Shown here: in pieces, positions 39,742-51,700 of the stretch
Layout of the letters: the number at the start of each line of letters is the position of its first letter
Numbering within the stretch: position 1 is the first letter of the stretch
NCBI GenBank assembly: GCA_965248755.1
Contig: OZ252149.1
Location: 224,001 to 288,000, forward strand
DNA: 64,000 nucleotides
Source of the DNA: Candidatus Latescibacterota bacterium
GTDB taxonomy: Bacteria > Latescibacterota > CBDEFO01
Direction of reading: 5' to 3'
Notes under the pieces: generated by a model
Told to the model about the DNA's origin: nothing
The model's input: only the letters and a program-made list of their open reading frames with translations
Database searches by the model: none
Translations under genes and position numbers: made by a program

Positions 39742-40736
39742 ATGCCAGACCGTGAAAACTTCATGGGTAAACAGCCAGTACGAGTGCTAGAGAACAATAT
39801 ACTCGCCTGGTTTGAGGGCAAATATCCCGAGTTCCGCCAAGAGCTTGAAGAAATCGGAAAGAAGTTTGGTGCCAAGAGAGCTATCAAGTACTTCTGCGAT
39901 GAGGAACCTACAGTCGGCCTCAAGGAAGGTAAAATGATCCCACATGTTACTGAGGAAGGTCAGATCTGTATTCACGAGACCTTCCTTTCCTATCTCTGGG
40001 GTTTGAGCTACGCATTTCTGGTCATCTTCGACGAGCAGGTCCACGGGCCAAGAACCGGCAGATCTCCTTCTCATGGCAAGCCTTTGGGGTACTTTACCAG
40101 TAGAGGATATCAGGTACTCAACTACGCCGTTGGCCTAACAGACGACTTTGAGAAATGGCCTTCACACCTCCTGAACCCTGAGACCTATGCCACCGAAGAT
40201 CGGCCCTTTGTGGAGAGAGCTAACGGGATCTACTTAGCTGCCGTTGATTTCATCCTCTGCCACGAATTAGCGCACATCGCCTGTGGCCACCTTAAGAGAC
40301 AGAAAGAGGCTTGCGACCGAGGAGAGTATATTACCTCTGCTGAGAATTAAGGAGTTTGAGCAGCGAAGCCGACAGATGGGCTTTCCACTGCGTCTCCAAG
40401 GGCATTCGCGATCCAGAGCGTAGTGCGACTAATGTCGGTTTCGGAGCAGCAACTGGTCTCGGCTGTCTTCTATTCCTAAATAGCGGGCTCACTTCATGCA
40501 AGCACCCAGATACAGACGATCGAATTGCCAACGTACTTACAGGCCTATCCCTTGATGAGATTGACAATCTCTGGGGCGTTGCAGCCACTTTCTATATTGC
40601 GTGGAATCAGCGGTTCCAAATTGGCCTGGATTTCACAGGCGAATTTGACACCTATCAAGCGCTGGCTCATGCTATCTACAGGCAACTTGATCCCATAAAG
40701 CACAAAGAAGAAGACAGACGAATGGGTCTCGACTGA
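39742..40736 (+). pseudogene. Frameshifted Lit-family (peptidase U49) phage exclusion protease
   Basis: ORF1 has FILCHELAH (HExxH); ORF2 continues EADRWA...HPDTDDRI; the break is at about 40345-40363. Confidence 0.65.
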
Positions 40737-40966
40737 AGATAGGATAATCCGAGGTAGCACTGACCAGGCAAGGCCGTCTACGCAGTAACTGTGCAACAAT
40801 TGATCAGGAACTGTACGCAGGTCTAACAGCAGCAGTTAAATGTGAATGACCAGCTCAGGCGATGGAGTAGAATCCTGGTTTATATCTGATCACAATCATC
40901 TATCCCCAACAATACACGCAGTACCACGGCGCCTCAACCGTATGCAGCGTACGATCAGTGCTCGAC

Positions 40967-42958
40967 CTACACAGCCCGCCGTACTTCCTCGAGGGTCTCT
41001 GGGTTCATCAGGCTGGAGGTATCGCCCGGATCTTCACCCAGATAGGCGCTGCGGATAACGCGGCGCATCACCTTCTGATTGCGCGTCTTCGGCAAATCCG
41101 AGACGAATTTGATCTCCTTTGGCTGCAGCGGTTTGCCCATTTCTGCGGCGACTTTGGCTTGCAGTGCCCCCCGTAGGTACTCACTTGGCTTAAAGTTAGG
41201 TGCCAACACGCAAAAACAGACCACCGCGTTACCCTTGATCGGATCTGGGGCGCCGATGGCAGCCGCTTCATTGACCGCCGGATGGTTGACCAGCACGGAC
41301 TCAACCTCCGCAGGGCCAAGTCTCACCCCCCCGACGTTGATCGTGTCATCCGAGCGGCCCAGGATGTACCAGAGCCCGTCTTCGTCCACCGCTGCCCAGT
41401 CGCCGTGCACCCAGATGTTCTTCCAGCGTGACCAGTATACCTCCAGGTAACGCTCTTCGTCACGCCAGAACCCGCGCGTCATCCCGATCCAGGGGGCGCG
41501 AATCACCAGCTCCCCAACCTGGTTACGCACCGAATTCCCCGCTCCATCCAGCACGTCAGCCGCAATGCCGGGACACGGCCCGGAGAAGGCCGTGGGCTTC
41601 AGCGGCGTCAGTGGATTGCCCATCACGATTCCCCCGGAGATCTCCGTTCCACCCGAGTAGTTAATGATTGGGCGACGTCCTTTCCCCACGACGTTGAAGA
41701 GCCATAACCAGGGATCAGGGTTCCACGGCTCGCCGGTGGAAGCAAAAAGGTGAATGGACGACAGGTCGTGTGCTTTAACCGGCTCTTCCCCGTGGGCTAT
41801 CAGGGCCCGCACCAGCGTCGGCGAAAGGCCCAGAGCGGTGATGCGATGTCGCTCGACCAGTGCCCACAGCCGATCGGGACCGGGGTAGTCCGGTGCGCCA
41901 TCGTACAGAAGGCATGTTGCTCCCAATAGGGTGGCACCGAACACCAGCAAAGGCCCCATCATCCATCCCATGTCCGTCATCCAGTAGATCACGTTACCCG
42001 GGTGTACATCGGTGCCGAAGGCCATATCCTGTGCCGACTTGATAGGGAAGCTGCAGTGGGTGTGCACCGCTCCTTTGGGGCGTCCGGTTGTCCCGGAGGT
42101 GTAGATTACCATTAGTACGTCTTCAGCGTCGGTGGGTTCGAGTCCGGCCTGATCTGATTGGACAGGTATCAGATCGTGCCACCAATGGTCACGTCCGCTT
42201 TGCATCGGAACATTGTTCCCTGCCCGCTGGAGCACGATAATGTGCTTCACGGTCCCAACCTGTGCTGTCGCCTGGTCAGCGGTCGCTTTGAGCGGAACGA
42301 CCTTCCCGCGCCGGAAGAATCCGTCTGCGGTGAACAGCCCTTTGGCACTGGCATCATTCAGGCGAGCGGCGAGCGCTCCGGCGCCAAAGCCGGAGAACAG
42401 AGGCAGAACGATACCCCCGATCTTGCCAATCGCAAAAAAAGCGATAACGATTTCCGGCGTCATCGGCATGTGCAGTCCAATGGCGTCGCCTTTAACAAAA
42501 CCTAGTTTACGGAGGGCGTTCGCGCAGCGGTTGACCTGCCTCCCCAGTTCTCCATAGGTCAGCGTGCTGCTATCCCCTTCTTCTCCCTCCCAGATCACCG
42601 CCCCAAGCTCACGGGTCGCAGGGTCTTCCGCCCATTTGTCCACGCAGTTGTAGACGATGTTCAGCTTGCCGCCCACACACCATTGAGGGTGTTGAATTCC
42701 GCCCGACAGGTCCATAACCTCTGAGTAGGGCTCTTGAAACTGGATGTCCAGATACTTGATCACCTCATCGGTAAACCAGGCCACGTCACCTGTCGAACGT
42801 TCCATCAATTGGGAGAACGACTCCATACCGTGCTTGTCCATGAACCGCTTCAGGTGACTGCGTTCGATGTATTCAGGGGTCGGTTTCCAGACGATCTCAC
42901 CGCCGAAGTCGAAGGTCGGGCGGCGGTCAGATGGAGCACGACTGCGTGCAGCGGGCAT
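40967..42958 (-). CDS. Acetyl-CoA synthetase-like AMP-binding enzyme
   Basis: YTSGTTGRPKG, STGEPWN, GRSDD and LPKTRNQKVMRR motifs. Confidence 0.92.
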   Translation of the reverse strand: MPAARSRAPSDRRPTFDFGGEIVWKPTPEYIERSHLKRFMDKHGMESFSQLMERSTGDVAWFTDEVIKYLDIQFQEPYSEVMDLSGGIQHPQWCVGGKLNIVYNCVDKWAEDPATRELGAVIWEGEEGDSSTLTYGELGRQVNRCANALRKLGFVKGDAIGLHMPMTPEIVIAFFAIGKIGGIVLPLFSGFGAGALAARLNDASAKGLFTADGFFRRGKVVPLKATADQATAQVGTVKHIIVLQRAGNNVPMQSGRDHWWHDLIPVQSDQAGLEPTDAEDVLMVIYTSGTTGRPKGAVHTHCSFPIKSAQDMAFGTDVHPGNVIYWMTDMGWMMGPLLVFGATLLGATCLLYDGAPDYPGPDRLWALVERHRITALGLSPTLVRALIAHGEEPVKAHDLSSIHLFASTGEPWNPDPWLWLFNVVGKGRRPIINYSGGTEISGGIVMGNPLTPLKPTAFSGPCPGIAADVLDGAGNSVRNQVGELVIRAPWIGMTRGFWRDEERYLEVYWSRWKNIWVHGDWAAVDEDGLWYILGRSDDTINVGGVRLGPAEVESVLVNHPAVNEAAAIGAPDPIKGNAVVCFCVLAPNFKPSEYLRGALQAKVAAEMGKPLQPKEIKFVSDLPKTRNQKVMRRVIRSAYLGEDPGDTSSLMNPETLEEVRRAV

Positions 42959-42990
42959 CGCTTACCTCCTAACAGGATGGTCGTTCTGTA

Positions 42991-43770
42991 CTATAACAGG
43001 CGTACGATCCTGTTCTTTGCATCAAAACGCACTGGATGGGAATAGTGGTACACGCTTATGTCCTCGGCAACGGGTGTAGGAACACACACGATAAACTCGA
43101 TCCAGCCAGGGTTATTAAAAGCGGAAAAGGCCAGTTCCAGACCGCTTATCATATCCTCTAACTCCTTGGAAAAATCGGGCAGAAGCACCGGACCGGTATC
43201 GGTCTGATAGATTTTGTCGCGCTCACTGGCATTAATAGTTTTGACCGGGTAGTCGAGAACGGCTATATAGTGTTCCTCCTCGATCTCAGTCTGCGCGACC
43301 AGTATCTGATTTTCAAGGACAGCCTCTACGATCTGGTCAGGAGTCTCCAGCACCTCACCGCTGACAGAAGTCAGATCTATGCGCACGCTGTCGTAGGCTT
43401 CGGCCACGCTGCCAACCTGCCTTAGGGGCTGGGGACCTAACGAAGGTGGATGAAGCATCACCTGCTTATCGGCTTGGTCAAAGGTCTTCAAGATCATAAA
43501 TCGTTCCCGGGAAAAAATCGGAACGAAATCCGCATTTGGTACGGTCCAGATATCCTTTTCCACTCCGACCCGTTCAGTTTTGCAGCTAACACCCAGAACA
43601 AACTCCTCAGATTCACCGGTGCGTTTATCTGTAATCTCACAGCGGCAATCGATCGGAATACGAGAATTATTCAGGGTAAATGGGGGCTTGTGACTCGCGG
43701 TGGTAGGGGGCTTCTTGAGTGTGTCGACGCGAAAGGTCAAAAAAGATCGCGAAAAATCAATTGTTTTCAT
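42991..43770 (-). CDS. Conserved hypothetical protein
   Basis: About 259-aa ORF starting MKTIDFSRSF, co-oriented with the acs-like gene. Confidence 0.7.
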   Translation of the reverse strand: MKTIDFSRSFLTFRVDTLKKPPTTASHKPPFTLNNSRIPIDCRCEITDKRTGESEEFVLGVSCKTERVGVEKDIWTVPNADFVPIFSRERFMILKTFDQADKQVMLHPPSLGPQPLRQVGSVAEAYDSVRIDLTSVSGEVLETPDQIVEAVLENQILVAQTEIEEEHYIAVLDYPVKTINASERDKIYQTDTGPVLLPDFSKELEDMISGLELAFSAFNNPGWIEFIVCVPTPVAEDISVYHYSHPVRFDAKNRIVRLL

Positions 43771-44321
43771 CTGGTTCGCCTCGTGGAGCTGGGAATTTGT
43801 AGAGAGTCCGTTGACAAGACGTAAATACGACAAAGCGTCATTTTGATGGCGCCCTGTTTTGCCCTATTCTACCAACTCGAGATTATAGGAATATCCTTGA
43901 GGATGCTACCTAGGGGATAACTTGAATCAGTAGACCGGGCATCTCACTCCGGTGGCTTGCCTCCTACTATTTTGCATCGTAATGATTCTGTTTTGCAAAA
44001 TCGTTTGGTCTACTGCGATTTACAGAGATTAGGTGTGTTCTTCTTGATTGCGAATGACCGAACGCCGAAAACAATCCCTTTCCGGTCGGTCAGTGATAAA
44101 ACCCCGAAGGAAATTGCTTCGCTTTGTCCTAAGAGGTTCTCCGAACCCCTTTCGCACTCAACCACGCTTTAGGGCGGAAGCAGGGATTCCCTGTCTACTG
44201 TTGCCTCTTTACTGGATCGTTTGTCAAGCTACTTAAGAGATATTAAGTGTAAGTATAATATGGCTTTGGACAGGACAACCAATGGCAAGGACTGAACTGA
44301 CACTATCTTACACGATTTCTA

Positions 44322-44350
44322 TTGACATCCATCTTTTTCTTCTATATCTT
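44322..44350 (+). promoter_or_regulatory. Sigma70-type promoter with no obvious downstream gene
   Basis: TTGACA-17-TATCTT. Confidence 0.35.
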
Positions 44351-44726
44351 ACGTTTTGATTGATTCACACCTGCCTTTTGTACCTTTTCTTTCGAGTACG
44401 ACTTACACGAGACCACAGACTCACCGGCAGAAAACAGGCATTACACTAAAGATTTACCCTTTTACATTAATAAGATCAACAGCCACCTAATCCAGCGGCT
44501 TATCCCTCGGAGATACTTGGCAAGAAACTGTGCAGCGTTGTGGGGTCTGTAGCAGAAGATTTCACAATCAGATCGTATTACACTACTGTAAGAGGATCTT
44601 CTATGCGGAATCAGTTGGGTTCAGGTCTGTCAGAGAGGAGCAAATGCAACGGCATAGACATCAGAAGTCGAGGCTTTAGAAAGATGAGAAACGATCCATT
44701 CATACATCTTTACGTCTCTTTCTCTT

Positions 44727-45119
44727 CTATACGGTGATGTCTATCCGTTGTCCCTTATTAGATTCGGCGTCTTGGGAGCTCAAGGCACTGTTATTCTGTT
44801 CTTTGTCTTCTGAGTCTTGGAACTCATCTGTGTGATTCTGTTCTTCTGCCAAGAGGAAGTCATCGTCTTCGTCCTTTTCTCTGTATATGTAGTCAGCATA
44901 TGCCCTGTTGTGGTCGGCGTAAGCCCTGATTATATATGTCTGAGCTTCCTGAGGCTGTAGAATTGGAACCACCGTTGCGCGCTTTGCCTCGACGCTTTCC
45001 TGAACCTGCAGGGCAAATCCCTTTTGGTCTGTGTCCGGCTGTTGTCTTAGCTCATCAAACATCCTTTCCACGAGCTGGGTCTTGGAAAGAGTGTTCTGGA
45101 GATATGCTGATTCGGCCAT
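44727..45119 (-). CDS. Hypothetical acidic protein
   Basis: 130-aa ORF ending KGQRIDITV. Confidence 0.5.
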   Translation of the reverse strand: MAESAYLQNTLSKTQLVERMFDELRQQPDTDQKGFALQVQESVEAKRATVVPILQPQEAQTYIIRAYADHNRAYADYIYREKDEDDDFLLAEEQNHTDEFQDSEDKEQNNSALSSQDAESNKGQRIDITV

Positions 45120-45856
45120 TGGACGGTCACCATCTAATGAAAGACAAGGAACAAAGAACAGGAGTCAAGCCTATGCTTACAACTAACATCCGAAGCATCT
45201 TTAGCATAATGGAGATAAGGATAGTACAAACACCTCTTCGGCATACTTACACTTCTTAATTACGAACCAAGATAAACAATAAATCCTACTTTGTCAAGGA
45301 AAAGTGTAGCTGTTGACTTAAGTACAATAAACACAGCAGATTATTGTCTGGTACATGAAGAGTAAGAGAGTCGCCTTATGAAAACAAAGAACCCTCATGC
45401 GGCGCGAGGGCGTATTGACCGATAATAATGAATTGCTATGTGCAGGGTGTTTGGGAGGGCAACGAATACGACGAGGAAGGTCACACTGCCTGCGACCTTG
45501 ACGCCTGCGGAAAGAGTACGGTCGTCTTCATCAACGTACACTATTATAAGTCGCAGCAGTTTAGATGGGGAAAGGAAAGAACTTTTAAGGTTGCAGACAA
45601 ACTACCGATCAGTGCGGGCGTGGATTTCAGGTTTACCCGGACGGCGGTACTGTTCAGATGAAAGGCTTTTTTTAACAGAGTAATACACAATAACACTGTT
45701 TGCAAGAACCAAGTTTCTGAATCAAACAGCAGTGCCGAGGTCAGCATGAATATCCGTTCTGCGTCCTGAAGCCACAGGAGTCAGAGTGGACGAAAGAACG
45801 GTAATTTCACGATATACACACACTCCACCACAGGCCATAACAAAGGAAGGTTACCG

Positions 45857-46606
45857 ATGCGCTTGATCCTCATCGGCTGCGAATATGCTGGCAAGACGAC
45901 TCTGGCCGTGGAGATCTCCAGGTGGATGATAGGAGCGATGGGACTTCCGTTCGTGCGCTGGCACAATCACTTTGTCGTGCCACACCTGGACCAACATCTG
46001 GTGGTGCAAGCACGGGCAGATGGCCGCTATGTAGTACCGGGGAAAGAGGCTGGAGACCTTAACAAGGAGGAAGAGGAAAAGCAGATCCTGAGCTTGAGAC
46101 CCTTGCTGCTGGAGCAGTTCCAGCGCCACATGATCTGGCGGCATCTGCACCCCGACATGTACCGCGACTGTGACGATACCTTGACGATCAACGGCTATTA
46201 CGCTGATGCCGTCTACGCGCCGCTTTACTACGGCTACGGTGAGCCGGGCACTTTTGCCGACCGCAGGCGGAGAGCACGGGCCTGGGACGCCGAGCTGCTG
46301 AAGCTGGCGCCGGACACAGTACTGATAATGGTGAAAGCCTCGGCCGACGTCATTCGGGAGCGTATCCGCCAGAACCTCCGTCCAAGGTGCATTCTCAAAG
46401 AGCGGGAAGTACAGATAGTGTTAGACCGCTTCCAGGAGGAATACGACAATTCGCTGATCCACCGCAGCTTTACGCTGGACACGACCGGTACGTCGGTGGA
46501 AGGGACTCTGCAAGAGTTTCTGGGGCAGATGTGGCAGCACCTGTCACAAGTAGACCGACTGCGGATGGTCTCAAGTAGACCGACTGCGGATGGTCTCACA
46601 ACCTGA
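45857..46606 (+). CDS. P-loop (nucleotide kinase-like) hypothetical protein
   Basis: N-terminal ILIGCEYAGKTT Walker A motif. Confidence 0.8.
   Translation: MRLILIGCEYAGKTTLAVEISRWMIGAMGLPFVRWHNHFVVPHLDQHLVVQARADGRYVVPGKEAGDLNKEEEEKQILSLRPLLLEQFQRHMIWRHLHPDMYRDCDDTLTINGYYADAVYAPLYYGYGEPGTFADRRRRARAWDAELLKLAPDTVLIMVKASADVIRERIRQNLRPRCILKEREVQIVLDRFQEEYDNSLIHRSFTLDTTGTSVEGTLQEFLGQMWQHLSQVDRLRMVSSRPTADGLTT
46547..46596 (+). repeat. Perfect 25-bp tandem duplication
   Basis: CAAGTAGACCGACTGCGGATGGTCT x2. Confidence 0.95.
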
Positions 46607-46678
46607 CACATCCTACAGACCTTCAGGTATTGAATCTGAAGAAAAGTAGTGCCTGAGCGTTACAGAAAACACCCAAGG

Positions 46679-48436
46679 CTATTTGTTTCGCCTTTTTCTT
46701 AGTGTCATCCGCTGCCAAATGGCGAGGGAACCGTCGCCTTCTTTGTATCTCCTATATTTGCGACCTGAAACTCTCCATCCCGAAGCTAAACTGTCACTTA
46801 TTTCTTGAGTGAGCGCGGAATACTTTCTATCGGACTCGAGTTTCTCGTCAAGGGCCTGCCTTTTCTGGTTTCTTATTAATACGCGATGCTGTATAGTTCC
46901 TTTGTACGTCCTATTTTCTGTTTCAATTACTTCCCATCCCTTAGCCAGACTGTCACTTATTACTTGAGCAAGTTCAGAAAAGCTTTTACGACCTGTAACT
47001 TCTTCCTCGAGATCTCTTCCAAGCTCGACGAATATGGCAACGAGAAAGTCATATTCGGAAGCAACCTTCCCAATGTCTTCCATCATCTGTTCAGCTCGAA
47101 TATGGAACCCGAAGCTCGTATTATCGGACTCCTCACTATTAGCGACCCAGACAAAGAGCGGTACTTTCTTCCCCAAAATTAGAGGTTCTTGAAAGATTCT
47201 TCCCTTCCTGACAGCATCGTAGCCAGTAATGTCATAGGGGTGATAAGATATGCTAGGATATGGATCCCCCACCGTTATCTTAAGCTGATCATCCGATTCG
47301 CGGACGAAGATCGTCAAGCTGTGCTCACCCGGGGATATACGCCTTGTCTGTGCACGGTGGTCTATCCCCATTCTCTGCCCATCTATGAAGTAGTCGCACG
47401 TATAGGTGATCTTATGTTGGAAGGGTACTTCATATACAAGGCGGTGCTGTGTTATTCCTAAGAACATGAAAGTACCAGTAATCTCTAAGGATGTTGGTGG
47501 CTCAGTGGCATGTTTAATAGGGTAAGTGGCCTCTTCGGACTCTGCGGAAGACTTATCTCCTTCGAGATTCGAGGCCAATAGAGCCTTCTCCTGAGCACTG
47601 GCTAACCTCGTCTGCATCATTTTGGGCGTAAAGGATTCCTCCTCGGGCAACTCAGATTCCTCCTGGCCGGACGCCAGCCAGCCTACAAATCCACCGATCA
47701 GAGCAAGGGCTCCGATACCTGTGAGAATCCCCTTCGAACTCAAACCCCATTTCAAAAGCGGAGCGACGGGCTTCTGATCCGGAAAGGAAATCAGAGGTAA
47801 AGCTGACTTAACCTTCTCTGTAAACTTTCTCCCCAATGCCTTCTCCTTTACCGTTACCTCTACAAACGGAATCATCTTGCTCTCCAGCTTCTCCCTGCCA
47901 TTCTGCAGATGACTTAAGACCGTGCTCGGCGCAACTCCCAGGAACATGGAGATCTCTATATGCGACATATCGTTGAAGTAGAACAATAGGATCGCCTCCC
48001 TGCTTTTCTCAGGAAGTTCCCCGATAGCTTTCCAGATTGCTTTCTTCATCTCCTGTAATTCGTACTCCTCCTCAGGGGTCTTAGGAACAGTCGCATTCTG
48101 GATCGTTAGAACTCCTTCTGCCTCTTCTCCGAACAGGGACAACTCTCCCATAACCTCCGATTCCCTCCTTTGCCTCTCCAGCCACCTGTTGCAGAGATTC
48201 GTGGCTATCCCACACAGCCAGCTTGAGAAATTGGCAGGTTTCCTTATCTTCCCAAGATTGACATACGCCTCGATAAAGGTGTCCTGCGCCAAATATTCCA
48301 CCTGGTCGAAGTCTCTGATACGGCTCAAGAGCAGGCCGTAGACCAGATTCTTGTACCGGTCAATCAATTCTCCGAACGCACTTTGATCACTGTTCAGAGA
48401 CATCTTGACTAAAGTCACATCTTCCCTTACTCTCAT
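46679..48436 (-). CDS. ECF sigma-70 factor with long C-terminal membrane-anchored extension
   Basis: Region 2 (AFGELIDRY..LAQDTFI..FSSWL) and region 4 (LPEKSREAILLFY..EIS..LGV); a TM segment, then about 320 further residues. Confidence 0.85.
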   Translation of the reverse strand: MRVREDVTLVKMSLNSDQSAFGELIDRYKNLVYGLLLSRIRDFDQVEYLAQDTFIEAYVNLGKIRKPANFSSWLCGIATNLCNRWLERQRRESEVMGELSLFGEEAEGVLTIQNATVPKTPEEEYELQEMKKAIWKAIGELPEKSREAILLFYFNDMSHIEISMFLGVAPSTVLSHLQNGREKLESKMIPFVEVTVKEKALGRKFTEKVKSALPLISFPDQKPVAPLLKWGLSSKGILTGIGALALIGGFVGWLASGQEESELPEEESFTPKMMQTRLASAQEKALLASNLEGDKSSAESEEATYPIKHATEPPTSLEITGTFMFLGITQHRLVYEVPFQHKITYTCDYFIDGQRMGIDHRAQTRRISPGEHSLTIFVRESDDQLKITVGDPYPSISYHPYDITGYDAVRKGRIFQEPLILGKKVPLFVWVANSEESDNTSFGFHIRAEQMMEDIGKVASEYDFLVAIFVELGRDLEEEVTGRKSFSELAQVISDSLAKGWEVIETENRTYKGTIQHRVLIRNQKRQALDEKLESDRKYSALTQEISDSLASGWRVSGRKYRRYKEGDGSLAIWQRMTLRKRRNK

Positions 48437-48755
48437 CTTCTGCCTCCGGTCTTATCCGTGCGAAACCGTTTACTGTTCACTACCTCCTCTAATAATTAGT
48501 GACATGAGAGACAGAAAACATCCAAAACTTTTTTGAGTTCTTTCAAAATTCTTGAGTTCTTTGCCACAGAAGCATTATGCTACATATTTGCACTCGACTT
48601 TTAGTAGATCAAAATAGAACTTTTGAGGAGATACCTCTTGATGCCCAACGGCCCGACGACCTGCAGCGTGCGCACAAGTTGCCCGGCTGACAATCCAACT
48701 GTCAGTAGTACAATTCCGAACATGTTTCGTTTTCTCATCGCTTTTCCGTCCTCAA

Positions 48756-51700
48756 TCATTTTTCGACCATCAGACTCACCGGCTTATAGAGTCCGCCAGA
48801 ACCGGAATAGTTATGTACCTTGATCGCAAGCAGATACTCACCCTGGCTCTTGAGGCTGCCCGACACGTCCAGAAGGAACGGCTTGCTCCAGGTCTCGTCT
48901 GGATCGGCGGTGTCGTACCAGGCGACGAGCTTGCCATCGACATAGAGCCAGGCGGATTCATCGACGGCTCCAAAATGGAGGAACAACCGCTTGCCGTCAG
49001 GCAAGTCCGGACACTTGTATCGAAGCCGATACCATCCCTCTCTGAGGTCCTTGAATCCTTGCTCGTCCCAGAACTCGGCGATCTTTATTTCGCTAAGATT
49101 TGCGGACGGAAAATCCGGCCTGAAATATCCCTCTTCAACGCCGACTCCCCGCGGATCGTCCTTAAACCGCCAACCGTCGATCGGCAGTCGCGCCAAGACC
49201 CTCAACCGCGGGACAAGGTTCCGACAATCGGCGCCATCCACGTAGTGCGCCTCGGCCGGTGACGTCTTGCCGAAACCGGATACTCTCTTGGTATTGGTGA
49301 ACTTGCCGTCTTTCGTAAGGCTGCGAACAGCGTCGCCAACCGGCGCGGCTCTAGGGCCCAATTCATCGAAAAGCGTGACGACGTAATTCTTCGTGACCAC
49401 CGTTACCCTCGGGTTCTTGAGCAAGTTGACCATTTTCCACAGGTCCGCAGTGCCTCCGCGGATACAGGTGAGGGCATAGTAAGACTCTGCCTGCTCGTTG
49501 CCGGGATCGTCCTTCGCGGCGTATTTCTCTAGTGCCGGTATGGCCATCTCGGCGGCTGGCCCGATGGCAGCCAGTGCCTTTATGACGGCGCTGTTGCCGG
49601 GACTCTTAGCGTGTAGTTCCGCCAGCGTTGCCGCTGCCCCTGCGGCATCCTGCCCGAGGCCGGTGATCAGGGCGACTCCAGAGGCGCGAGTGGCCCGGTT
49701 GGAGGATTCAAGCATGGTGATTACCGTCGGAATTGCCAGTTTTGCAGCTGGCCCCAACGCTGAGATGATTGTAGCGACTTTACGCGCTACGACGGGGTGC
49801 TCATCCAGTAAGGCGCCCGCCAGCGGTCCGGCGACAGTGGCAGCCTGTGCCGACGGCGATCGACGCCCACTTTTTACGCGCTTATCCAACGGGCAACCAA
49901 TCCTCGCGAGCGTTAGCACCGCCCCCATGCGGAAGTAGGAATCCGGATGCTTCAGCAGGCGCGCGATTTGCGGTACAGCCGGATACGCCTGCGGACCGAT
50001 GGCCTCAAGGGCATGCAACGCCGGCATCCGTACATCGTCGTCATCAAGCAGCTGTGCAAGCGTCGCTGTCGCCGCCGCTGCCTTCGGCCCCATATCAAAA
50101 AGGGCCCAGGCTGCCGCACGACGCTGTGACGCGTCAGCATCACGCAACCCCTTTATGCACGCCGTCACGGACTTGCCCCTGAAGGGAGCCGCCTCATCCG
50201 TCGGGCGGCGCCTCGGCTGGGGCGCCATAGCCGCAGGAGGAATCGGGCCCAGGCGCTGAATGTAGGACGCAGCCCTAGCGCGAATTTCGTCATATTCGGC
50301 AAGTGCCAATGGTTTTCCGGCCACCACGTCCAGGGGCTGCGTGATTTTTCCCAGTCGCGCCCGCAAGCCCGCCAACCAGGACTTCGCCTCTCGCGCCAGC
50401 GGCTTCTCATGATTTGCCTCCACGGCATCCTGGAGCATCTGCAGATAACGATAGTCGTCGACTCCTTCGCGGCGCATCTCCCAACCGGTCACCGGCTGCG
50501 GCTCATCACTGCCCGGTGCAAACCAAGCATGCCGGTGCTTTCCATGATTATAGGCCCATATCCAATTACCACGGAGCCCCATCGACCAAGTGTGGAGTCC
50601 GGCGAAATAACGCTGGCGCACGGGATAGAAACCATCTCGCCATATGGTGTAAGAATAGACCTGCATCTCGGTCCCCAGGCGCTTTGCTTCGGCCATGACC
50701 TCCGGTGTAACGACGCCCTCTGCTACCGTTTGAATGTCGTACAGTCCATACGTGGAGTAGCCGTATACTGCGGAAAGCTCGGATTGATCCAGGTTCATCC
50801 GAAACGAGGTGCCGCGCATCGACTCGCAAGCCTCCCTGACCTCGATATCTTCCTCCGGATAGTCCGGCTCATCCGGGCCGAAACCAACAAGCTCCGGCCA
50901 ACCCTTCTCGCGGCACTCGGCCTGCAGCCAGGATGCCGCCTCCTCCACCTGCTCACGCGTGTACCCCCCTGTGATGCCGCCGATCAACGTACTGCTGACC
51001 TGAGGATCAACGAGTCCGGCCTCCTTCGCCAATGGCAGTAACTTGTGCAATACGTGGTCGTTCTCCGGCGCCACCGGAAAAAAGTTGCCGGCCGGATAGA
51101 AGGCGCCGGCGTTTTGGCCGTGCACTGCCATGTCCCGGTAAATCTTTAACATCGTCTCCCGCGATGTCGACACGCCGCCGAAACGCTTCGGCAGCATGTC
51201 TTCGCGGCACCACATGCCATACGGAATTCTCGGGCGCTGTAACGCGAATGGGCGCACCGTTATCGCCAAATCTACAAAGGTTGGTGACTTACCGGCCGTT
51301 CTTATCCGGACCTTTCCCAGATGCCGACCAGGCTTGGTGTCCCGGTCGGCGTGAAACGTCAGCCAGAAGTTGACGCTCTGCCCTGCTCCAAGGACAGGAA
51401 ACACATTCCCCCGCTGCAACAGAATTTTGCTCGGTATCCAGCCGCTGACCTCCCCCGAATCCATGGGTTCGAGTGCCAGTTGTTCCTTGACAGCTGGCAG
51501 AATCCGGTGATATACGGTAACATCAAGGTCTGACTCTACATTCACTGATATAGCCTCGACATCGTCAGCAATCGCGTGCACACCGAATTGGAGCGATTCA
51601 TACTCATCTGTTGCCAGGACGCATGTAAGCCTGTTTACAGTACTTTCCCGACGCGGTACGTGGCCTGCCGGAAGGTTTTTCATCGTGGAGTAGGCGAAGA

